Source: Girardia tigrina (taxonomy: Eukaryota). Taken from it: a stretch of 64,000 bases of DNA. Of the stretch, positions 12,001-24,000 are shown piece after piece (the stretch's first letter is position 1; the number at the start of each line of letters is the position of its first letter). The notes under the pieces were generated by a model. It did no database searches, was not told where the DNA came from, and was given only the letters and a program-made list of their open reading frames with translations. The stretch covers positions 74,757-138,756 of the forward strand of contig MQRK01220805.1 of assembly GCA_001938485.1 (NCBI GenBank), given 5' to 3'. The translations under genes were made by a program, and so were the position numbers.

Positions 12001-15000
12001 AAGAAAATCAAAAAGGTAAGAAATACATGTTTTATTCCAGAATGCAAAATTTAAATATGTACATAGCTGTTTACAAATGTTTTATTGTTCATAGAATAAG
12101 TAAAGTGAGTTCTATAAATGATAAATTAAACAATTTAATATTTTGTTTATCCTCTTTTAGCGTTTACTACTGCCTGGAGACGTCTAGGCATGCTATCAAT
12201 AGAGTTTCGAAGCTTCTGCTGAAATTCATCATCACGAAACCAATTGCGGAGGACGCTTGAAAAAAGCTGATCCTTTGTTGTATGAGTAACTTGGCTGAGT
12301 TTCTCCTTCATAATACCCCATATGTTTTCTATGGGGTTTAAGTCAGGAGAATTCCCAGGCCAAGGAAGGACATTGATATGGTTAGTCTCCAAAAATTGAG
12401 TCACCACTCTAGTCTTGTGGCATGGAGCTGAATCATGCATGAAAACACAGTTTTCAGTTGAACCAAATCATTCCAGCAGTTGAGGCAGTATCCGTTCGCG
12501 AAAAACATTCATGTATTGATTTTTTTCCATCATACCATCGACAATATGCAAACGTCCAGGACCTTTTGAACTACTAACACGCCAAAACATGACTTTGTTT
12601 GGGTGTTTGACGGCTTCACGCACTACTGGTTGACTTCCTGGTGTTTGTCAGACATGTCTCCTTGTTGCTGATTGGCATTCAAAAATCGTTTCATCACTAA
12701 AACACACTGTTCTCCAGAACTCGATTGGCTTGTTTAGCTACTGTCGAGCAAATTGTAGACGTTTCAACTTCATCGCTGAGGTCAGCTTTGGTTTTCGGAT
12801 TGGATTCACCGATTCGCAGCAGGCCTCATTCAGTCGTCCGCGAACTGTACGTGCTCAAACATTGATACCACGTTCAACGAGCTGACCCTGTACTTGCTTT
12901 ACTGACAGAAGGTTATCTTTTCTAATCATTCTCACCATTATCCGGTCGTCCTGTTCAGTTGTTTTTCGTTTTGGACCACATCTGCCAACTCTGGATGTTG
13001 AAGGGACACCTGCTGTTATTCGTTTTTTGATGTTGATGACACCTGCATGATGAATGTTGTACAAAGTGGCAATCTGCCTAATTGAAAACTTTCCACTTGA
13101 TAACAAAGCGTCAACTTTTACCACAAAAGTAGAGGACAGATCACAGCGTTTACCCATGACTACGAATGATGTCTTTGTATTCAACATGATACAAAGGAAT
13201 TCAAATTTTGTGTAAAATTATTAATTTTAAAACCACTTAATCAGATCTGTTTTAATCAACTCATTTTTCTACTAAAATAATATTTTAATTCAAATTAATT
13301 TATAAAGAATATTTTCAAATTCAAATTTAAAATATTTAAGTATCATTCTAAATATTTAATTTAAATTTTGAATTTTATTTCAATTCCAAATAATTTTTAA
13401 CTATTGTAATTTTGATCAGCGAACTAAAAATTAACTAACTCATCATAGCCAGGAAGTCCAGACTAAAATCCCGCAAAAGCAATCTCTTATTGCTCCAGGA
13501 TAATGCCCCAATACACACAATGACATTATCTACATGCGAAATAGAGAATGTGGGTTTTAACAGCCTCCCACACCCTCCCTATTCACCGAACTTAGCTCCT
13601 AGTGATTTTTATTTGTTCCTCCATCTAAAGAAACACTGACGAGACAGACGCAAAATTAAGATGTTGTACAACAATTCCTGGAAGATTAACAAAATATTTT
13701 CTACGAAAATGGCTTTTTGGAGCTATTAAGATTCTGGAAAACTTGTGTATAGAATGGTAGATCTTATATTGAAAAATAAATACATATACATACCCACCAA
13801 TATGTAAGCTAAAAATTATTCACGTCATGTTCTTTTCTATTTCCTTCCGGGTACTTAATTGACGCACCATGTATACAAGTTATATATTAATTTGTAATTT
13901 TTAGCACGCTTATAGCACTAAATTTTGTCTGTTTGCTCGTTACTTTGTTAGTTAATTTGTTTGTGACTAATCTTGCTAAAAAATTTTCTCCTACATCCTG
14001 TGGTACGATTGAGCTGAAATTTTGCACTGATGACAACACATAAATCAATTTAAAAGTATACTTTCAAAATGATCAAATAGTCATTTTTACAAAAAAAACG
14101 TTTTTTGTGATTATTATGCAAACAAAATTCAAACAGTCAATTTTTTGATTAAAAATTTAACTTGACTGAATAGAAATTAAATAAAACATCAAAAACTTCT
14201 GAATTCTGATCAGGAGAAATTTTAATCTATCTTTGTGATCTTAGCGGTTTTTAAACCCAAAATCAAAGATAATATTAACACATTGTAATCGGATCACATT
14301 AATACGTTTTTAGCAAATTAATGCTAGAGAGCGGATCACGTATTTATACGTTTTTGATAGATTGTTAGTGGAGTGCGGGTCACGTTTAAAATACGGGTTC
14401 CAATATACTTGAGTTTTCGCTATGTAGCGTCTGTAAGGTTGTAGCCATGCAGGTAAAAACCTTTTGAAAACAATAGATGGGGTGTAAGATGGGTACCGAG
14501 GTAGTGTTATTCATCACAAAAATAATCGAAGATTTTGTGAAGTAATTTTTGTGAAGTTCCCCTACACAGGGGCAAAAGTTTTGAAAGATATCACACCCTA
14601 AAACAATACTAATTTTTATTTTACATTTAGAAATAATTTTTGTGTATAATTTGTAAAATAAAGGATGTTATGTAAAAAATATAATTTTTTTCAAAACTTT
14701 CCTACTTTATGTGAAATTCTGCACTAGTTTAACGATGAAGAATACATTTCTAAATATAATAAAATAAAATGTAATATAATAAATAATTTACAAAAAAGAA
14801 TTATTGAAATCAAACAAATATTTTTGAAGTTATCGCAATTTTTCTAGACGTCTACGTTAGCGCGAAATTACGGGAAAAATCACCCGTTACCAGCACTAGT
14901 ACGCGGCCGAAAACTGCCCGATCACAATGTGTTAACATGGTTTTTAAAAAAGTATTTTTATATTTTTCTATCCTATTTTTATAGTACATTTTAAATTTTG

Positions 15001-18000
15001 TCTTATTATGTATCATTAGTACTAATGATAAAACTTATAACTCAGAAAGTTTTAAAAATACAAAATCTGAAAATGTTTTATTTACCTTGAGCAGCATCCG
15101 CAGGTAATTTACTTGTTAGCAGTTGTTGAGTTGACTCCAACTGTTGTTTTAATCTACTGATATCATCGTAACATTTATTTAGTTGTTCCTGGTAATAACT
15201 TTCCAAAGATCGACTGATACCATTATCATCTAGTTATTATAAAAGGAAGTATTTATTTTTGATGATGATTATTATTATTATTATCATTATTTTGATAATT
15301 ATATTCATAATGTCAGGGTATTTCAGAAATAAAAGTTCCAGTTTTATAAAATGAAATACAATAAACATTGTAATATACAAATGAAATTTTGTAATTTGAT
15401 TTTTTAGAATCAAAAATTTTTTTTGTAAATGTTGACTGCAAAATTAAAATAATTTACATAATTTAATTCACATTTTACTTCCTTTAATTTTTATGTAAGA
15501 AGTTTCTTGTTACAATCAGAATTATATATTTGATATTTAATGCCATTTTAATTTATTAATATATATTAATTAGAATAGCTAGAATTATGAAATTACAGTA
15601 CATTTGTATTTAGAAATTAATTTAGGTTACAATCATGTCAGAAGAAAATTACAGAAGAAAAACTAAGAAAGAAATTAGTTTTAAAATTTTCAGTCAAATC
15701 AAGAGACTTTATAAAATAAAGTCGAAGACCGAATCAATGGAACTCACATCGTTTAGTTTAGTTTATCTTTTCTTTAAACCAGAAAAGTAAAATCGGAACG
15801 ATTGACAAGAAATACATTAAAGAAAAGATCTAAAATTCCATTAACAATATGTAATACCTAAGAGAAACAAACTTTTTGTGCTCAGATATTTGGAATGAGA
15901 ACAAGACCCATTTTATTATTGGACGAATCTGGGTTTAGTCTACGAGGGGTGTCCCAAAAGTTCGCGAAATGATAAGTAACAAAAAATTCAAAAAGTTTAT
16001 TCCAGTTAACAAAATTGATCAATCCTCATCAGAATCGCTATCGAACTTTTCAATATAATCACCATTCAGTTTCACACACTTTTCCCATCTCTGTGTCAAC
16101 TTCCTAATACTATTATCGAAGAAAAACGCGGTGTCTCTGCAATCCACGCACTGACTGCTGTTTTCATTTCATCCAAATTCGCGAAATAATGTCCTCGAAG
16201 GGGTTTCTTGAATGCTGAGAAAAGGTGATAATCACTCAGCGCGAGGTCCGGTGAATATGGGAATGAGGCAAAAGTGTCCAGCCCAATCGTTGCACGGTAC
16301 TGACAGTCAACTTCGCTGTATGGGGACGTGCGTTGTCTTGTTGCAATAATGGGATGGATGACAACTTTCCCCGCCGTTTGTTCTTGAGAGCTTTGCGCAG
16401 ATCTTTGTCGAGCAGGTTCGTGTATATGCGCTGTTGATGGTGACCCCCTTTGGCAGGTAATCAATGTTAATTATCCCATCACAGTCCCAAAGGACTGTAA
16501 CTATTTCCTTCCCGGCTGAAGGTACGGTCTTCACCTTTAAAGGGGGTCTGTTACCTGGGCGGCACCATTAACGGGACTGCTCCTTGGTTACAGGAAGATA
16601 AAAAGGGAGCCACGTTTCGTCCACTGTCACAATCCGTGAAGAGAACACCTCACCGAGATCATGAACCAATTGCAGCAGTTCCTGACAAGCAAACTTTCGA
16701 TTAGCCTTCTGGTCGTTGTTGAGGAGGCTCGGTACCCACTTGGCAGTCAGTTTCCTCATATGCAACTCCTGACATGATGCGGTGCACCTGACTTTTAGAA
16801 ACGCCTGTAATAGCTGCTATCTGGCGGATAGTGATACATCTGTCACCAAGAATGACTTCCTCGATAACTTTCACATTTTCTTGACATCCGGACGTTGTTG
16901 ATCGCCCACTGCGTTCATCACCCTCCAATGATTGACGCCCTGCCTGGAATTGTTGCACCCACTTAAAGACAGCCGTTCTTCCCATAGCGGCATCACCAAA
17001 GACGCGGTGTAAACGGTGCACAATATCTGCAATGGGGGTGTCTTCCTTCCAGAAGAAATAGATGATTGGTCGTTGAGATTTCACTGCCTCTTCCATACTA
17101 ACTACAAGAGAGAAAAATGACAAATTAATACATTCGTATGTCACACACATGCCGACGGGCAGCCAATGAGAGTTCACCTCAATTACAATTGGTTGGTTCC
17201 CCCCTCATGTCATCGTACACACACCGCGCGTTACAGTCACGCACACACGTGACCACGCCATATTCTCTCAGTCCGTGAACTTTTGGGACACACCTCGCGT
17301 ACATACATCGATTAATTACAGATATTATCAGGTAAACTTAGATATCTTCTTCAATTTCATATGTATATATATACACCCAACCCTTTTTACACGGTTTTGA
17401 AATAATACGGTCGATGAAAAATAAAAGAAACTGTAGTGCCTTACTTACTTACTATCCCTGATTTGATTTGATACCTCTTACTAGTAAATGTACGTTTATT
17501 ATATTTTTTGTATTACTAAATTGTTGTAATTACTCATGATTTAAGGTTGCCAAGTGTATGCATGTATGACAGTTTTATTTTTATTTTTTTACGACCATGT
17601 ATTACTTTTAAATTTTTTATTTATATTTTTATTTTTTTTAATTTTATTTCCATGAAGAAAAAAAGAAATGAAAAAGAAATTAAGACAATAGACAAGTGAA
17701 AGCAGAAGATCACAGAAATAACATAAAAGAGAAATTCTACTCTAATTTATAATTATAATAATTAAATTTTATAGCAGACTAAATTATGAAATTTAAATTG
17801 CAAACAATACTTTCGATTTGCAGATAGTATTTTACTCGATTATTCTTCTTTGTTATTTCTGTGATCTTCTGCTTTCACTTGTCTATTGTCTTAATTTCTT
17901 TTTCATTTCTTTTTTTCTTCATGGAAATAAAATTAAAAAAAATAAAAATATAAATAAAAAATATAAAAGTAATACATGGTCGTAAAAAAATAAAAATAAA

Positions 18001-21000
18001 ACTGTCATACATGCATAACACTTGGCAACCTCAAATCATGAGTAATTACAACAATTTAGTAATACAGAAAAAGATAATAAACGTACATTTACTAGTAAGA
18101 GGTGTAAAATCAAATCAGGGATAGTAAGTAAGGCACTACAGAAACTATTTTTTGCTAGATTTTTTTGATCTAACACGATTTAGAAATCCTTTTTTATTTA
18201 TTTAGTGATATTTTAATTTTCTCAAAAGTAATTATGATGCATTCAAATTTAAATTATTAAAATTTCTTAGAACTATTATTGCAAGTCGATTTGAATTTTT
18301 TTAAATTAAGTAAACTGCATTCAAAGTCGAATTATTAAAATTTTCTAAAATTATTGCAAATTCGGTACACTTATGAAAAAGAAAAGTTTTTAAGTGTTGC
18401 ATTTTTTTATTGTTAAGTTTTTCGAAGTCATTACTCATTATTGAAGTGAATAATCCAAGTTATTAGCTGGATATTTAAAGCAATTAAAAATAATAAAATT
18501 TGAATTAAAATAATTTTGCAGATTAATATCGGTATGTATTTTTGCTAATCAATTTGTAGTTTAATTGAAGTTTAGATATCTATTTTAATTATAATTTTTA
18601 CCCTAGATTACGAATAAGCATGTCTAAAGATACAGCACACCGTAAAAGAAAAGCAATTTCTTTGGAAACTAAAATAGAAATTCTTGATCGTTTGGTAAAA
18701 GGGCAAGGTTTAACATCTGTTGGAAAAAGTTTTGGCTTGAACGAAGCAACAATTAGAACTATAAAAAAATGAAGCTACTATACGGGAATTAATAATATAC
18801 GGCTCAAAGATTAGTTCCAAAACTTCATCGTACAGTAGAAATACTGTCTTAGAAAATATGGACAAATTTTTAGTGCTTTGACTTGAGGATTGATCGCAAA
18901 AGAGAGTGCCTGTAGATGGACCTATTGTCAAACAGAAAGCATTACGAATTTATAAAAAACTTCAAGAAGCCAAGCCATTAACAAGTCTTAAGGCAACTTT
19001 AGGTAAAAAAAGGAATTTTCTGCTAGTAAAGGATGGTTAGGTGGATTTTTGAAGAGAAATGAATTCCACAATGTAAAAATTAAAGGAGAAATCACATCTG
19101 GAGATGTAAATGCAGCCAAAAGCTATCCTGTCGAGTTTGCTAAGATAATACAGAATGGTGGTTATGTTCCTGACCAAATTTTCAATGCAGACGAAACCGG
19201 TCTATATTGGAAAAAAAATGCCCACTAGAACATACATAGCGAAAACTAAAAAAACTTGTGGGGCTTTAAAGTTTCTAAAGATTGAGTGACTCTTTTGCTT
19301 TGCACCAATGCTTCTGGAGACCGGGTTTTAAAGCCATTATTAATCAACAGAGCATTAATCCCACGTGCTATAAAAGGTAAGAACATTAAACAGTTACCAG
19401 TTATATTGGATGGCAAATAAGAAGGCATGGATGACAGCAGATTTATTTACCGAGTGGTTTAAGAAATGCTTCGTTCCTGAAGTTCGGAAATATATTGAGA
19501 AAGAAGATCTCGATTTTAAGGTACTTTTACTAGTTGATAATGCGCTAAGTCATCCGATACTAGAGCACTCAAATATCAAAGTGATTTTTTTGCCGCCTAA
19601 TACAACTTCGTTAATTCAATCATTGGATCAAGGTATAATTACCACATTTAAGCATTATTACATTAAATTAGCATTTAAATATATTTTGAATGCAATTGAG
19701 AATGACAACCTTACGGTCATGGATGCATGGAAGAAATATACAATTCTAAATTGCGTTACACATTCTTCTATGGCCGTTTAACAATTAAGAGGATCAACAT
19801 TAAATGCTTGCTGGAAAGTAATTTGGCCAAAATGCATCAAGAGTGGAAACTCGATGCCATAAATAACAACACTGTCTTCTGAAATTATAGCTTTGGCACA
19901 CGAAATTGGTGGAGAAGGATTTGAGGACATGCAAACTGAGGACATCGACGAATTATTGATTGATAAACCCATGTATGAGGATGATATAATCGTATTAATA
20001 ACAGATCATAATACTCAAAACAATAGTAGCGATGAGGAGAAAGATGTCGAAAATCGTCAATTAACAGTTAGTATAATTCGTGAGGGCCTAAACTTTGGTG
20101 CATGTATAGAAAACCATTTTTTAAAGTTTGATTCCACCGTAGAACGTGCATTAAAATTACAGAGAGATCTGAAAAATTGTTTTTCTGGATATCAAGAATT
20201 GTATAAAGAATTACTAAAAGCTCAAAAGCAAAAGAAAAAAACAGACTTTCTGACAAAAAAATCAACGTCTCAAGAGCTTACCGAATGTAGTTTATCTAAT
20301 AAACTGCCACAAAAAACTTCGTCTTCAAGCACAGTGTGAGCTCTGTCAACGGATGATAGCCATTTTGAACCATCTGATCGTAAACGTTTCTTATCAAATA
20401 AAGAATAATTAATTCGATGTTGTTACTTATTAATTTTAGGCGTATCCCCATAACAGCGAATTACAAAACAGCGAGTTACATAACAGCGAATCCCAAAACA
20501 GCGAATTTTATACATTAAAATTTTAACTTTTTTTATTTACTTTAAAGAATAACTTTTTTTGTATTTTTTTTAACTTTAACTTTTTGATTATATTTTTCCT
20601 TTTTATGAAATTTTAGTTTAATAGGAATGAATTTAACTGTTAAAAATAAATAATATTATATCACAACAGAATTTTCAAAACTTATTTCTTATTTTTTATA
20701 ATCGATTATGATATTTTTTACACGAATATTCAAATTAAAAATAGTTTTTATTTAATCTTATACGCTTTTTAGATAACATGGAACGTATCCCTCATTTTAA
20801 TAGGGAGAACTATTCTTTTTTACACGGTTTTATGAGGAACATATCTACTGTGCAAAAAAGGGTAGGGTGTATGTACATCAGACTTTATTTAATTTTACAA
20901 TTTCAATTAAAATTTTCTTTTAACAATTTTGTCACCTTATCCTTATTCGCCATTATTTTAAACACGGTTTCAATATAACGACATCATTATAGAGAGTATA

Positions 21001-24000
21001 CGAATTTGAAAGTAAACATTTACTTTCGAATTGAACTACTTGAAATTGGTTTTAAAAATTAAATGACGAAACTGACTTCTGAGATAAGTCTCGTACAGGC
21101 CGCCCTTCGACAGGGAATTCAGAAGCAATCCGTGAAACCATAAAAACAAATGCTTCATCGAGCATTCGTAGATTGTCCTTGAAACTCAACATTCCTCAAA
21201 CATCAATTGTGTGGCATCTTCACGGCCTTGGAAAATTTAATTACCGATGCCGAAAGGCATCTTTTGCATTGTTGAAATTTAACATTTGAAGGCTTTTAGA
21301 TATTAATATTTAATACCCATCACAACTAGTTATTCTAATCAATACAACCATTAGAAAGTGTAATTTCAGTCATTTCGTATTGCAAAATATTCATTTAAGA
21401 AAATGGTTATATTAACTTTTGTAATTTATTGTATAAATTAATCAATTCAATTTATTGAGACTCAAAAAAGTGAAAATATATCATTAACCCCTTTACCATG
21501 GAAAAAAAATTTTTATCATCCGCTGTTGAATTGGCTGTTAGTTTAGCCTCCATCTCTACATTGTTATTGATTTCCAATGCTTTTTTTGTATCAGGACGAG
21601 TTAACTCGGGACGAACGGCACACAGACGACTTTTATATATCTGAAGACGAGTTAACTCGTGATGTACGGTTAAGCCCAAGATTTCATATGACGAGTTAAC
21701 TCGTGACACATGGTAAAGGGGTTAATATGTCTAATTCCAGATGTCAGAATTTTAACACATGTATGGATCATGCATCCTTAGGTAGAAAACGTCAGATTTG
21801 AAGAGAAAACATTAACTAGTGTTTTATTTGATAATTGTTAATTTAATTAATTGTTGTTATAATTGATAATTAAAAGTTCATAAAAGAGAAATTATTATAA
21901 TAAATATTAAAAATAAAATTCAATTTCTATTCTCTTGCAATTATTTGGTATTAATTTTCAAAAAAAATGTTTAGGTACCTCTATCAGTCAATAATTGTTT
22001 CTCGGACATTTTCTGAATATTTGTCTGTAATTCATTAAGCATATCTAATTTATTAACCAAATATTAATTACTGTCTCTAATTAAAATTCATTATATACCG
22101 AAAATTGGATGTTGCCTAGAATTTTCATTGTTGAAATCCACACATTCCAATGTCATTAGATATTGTAAATACTCGGTCACAAGGGGAGTGTAGTCCTTCG
22201 AGACTGAATTTACATTTAATAAATCTTAAATAATAATGAGTCTGATTAAATTTTAAAAAAAGAATATTTTGAGTTTATTAAACAATTCGGTTACAAAGAA
22301 AAAGTATTAATATTTTTAAAGAAAATTTTCTTACTATCATTCAATACTTTAAAACTTTATCAACTCTTTTCAAATTATAAAAAAAACTCTTCACTTTTCG
22401 TATACAGTACATATCTCTTTTGGAAACCTTGTCATATGCCCTGTTTAAAATGATTTTAGTAAAAATATGTTGAATAAACTAAAAAAATATGCTTAACTTT
22501 TTTAAACCTTTAATTTCCCCCAAAATGCAGCAAAACCATTGAAGAACAAAATTGTATTATTTCAATTGAGTTGTGTGTTTCACACATATTAAAATGCATG
22601 TTTTTGTATGTTATGAATGAGAACAGTTAATAAAAATTTTAAAATATACAAAGCTTCGAAGGAAAGTAGGAGTGGTTTTTTGATTTTATCTAAAGTGTTT
22701 CATGTTAATTTAGTATGAATAAATAATCCAAAAACACAGTTATGTTGGTGATATTCACCTGATAAAGTAAATAATGAAATACAAATGCCATCAAACATTC
22801 TTTTAAGACATAATTTTACTCGTTAAGCACGCATCAGAGTATTTATTGATACGATCAACCTATTTATAAAAATCTGAGGCATTAATTAAAGCGGTTAATC
22901 CAGCAATTAATATCCAATCAAGTGACTCATCAACTTTGTTGAAAGTTTTTGCGTGAAACAGAATTTGCATAATTGATTATGCAATCATCATTTTAACATA
23001 TATAAGCTTAACAGCTACAATCAGAATCGCCTGATGATGACGGATATTCCGTCGAAATATATTGCACCAATAAAAAATTTTATTTTAAAATGGTGTCTTC
23101 TAATTTTTAATAAACTTTTTATTTTCAAAATAATTTCGTTGAAAAATATTTAACTTTTCTTTAATTTCTTTCAAAATAATTTTATGCTATTTTACCCAAT
23201 TTATTATTTTTATAATAATAAATTTGACTTCTTTATATCTTTATTTTAAATCTTTTACTAAATATTTTTTTTAATTAATCTAAACTTGTAACTTATGATT
23301 TTTGTTTACTTTAATTATAATACAGTTTTTAGTTTTCAAAAAAACCTTTTTTTAACTTTTTTTTATTTTATAAATTTTATGTATTTTTTATGTTTTTCGT
23401 AACTTATTTAATTTTTGTCATCATCGAAGGCAACAAAAAATATTTTGCTGATGAGAAGATGACTTAAAAGAATCGAGCGTATGGAATATGAAAAGCTTGA
23501 GTAGAGCGTCTGAATATATAGAGCGAAAACGAAGGCTTGCACATAATTGGATGCACCAATGGCGAAATACCTATGATCCAAAAGAAGAGATCAAGCACAA
23601 TTGAAGCCCATTTAATCAGGTTTCTATTAGCAACATTTTATATTGGTTAAGAATAATTTCATCAATTAATAAATGATCAAAACGAAATACTTATTGATCC
23701 TTACATTATTAATAAATGTTGATTAAAAAATCAATCATTAAAATTAAGGAATGTAAAAAATAATGGCAATTGATATTCTTCATTATTAAAAGTGAACGCC
23801 ATTTTTCAAAATTTATTTTTGTAATTAATTTCGGCGGATTACCCGCCATCTCCAGACTAAATTAACACTGGCTTTTTGCAGCTTATATATGAGAAATGTG
23901 ATTACGCAATCAATCATCTAATAAAGGCTCTATTTGAAAATGTTTAACAGAGAAGTTGAGTGTGAAGCTTGAATATTAATTTTTAAATACAAAATCATCA

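Larger units (their letters stand above)
17374..20869 (+). mobile_element. pogo/Tigger transposon (TIGD1-like transposase pseudogene 18621..20410)
   Basis: TA|CACCCAACCCTTTTTACACGGT ... ACTGTGCAAAAAAGGGTAGGGTG|TA. Motifs MSKDTAHRKRKAISLETK (CENP-B HTH), FNADETGL, NKKAWMT, LLVDNA, LPPNTTSLIQSLDQG. Confidence 0.93.

Noticed and set aside
14025-14045. Other CTGATGA hits (14028, 23448, 35680, 56408) as hammerheads
   Set aside because: No stem II hairpin followed by GAAA and a palindromic stem III.
21590-21710. CRISPR-like spaced palindromic repeats
   Set aside because: Only three 13-14 bp units, inside a TTAA-flanked piggyBac MITE, in a eukaryotic context with no cas genes.
22336-22440. Candidate host exons at 22336-22440, 8385-8511, 32810-32925 and 43841-43908
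   Set aside because: Splice-like borders, but stops in all usable frames or phase mismatch; for most, the neighbouring exons join without them.
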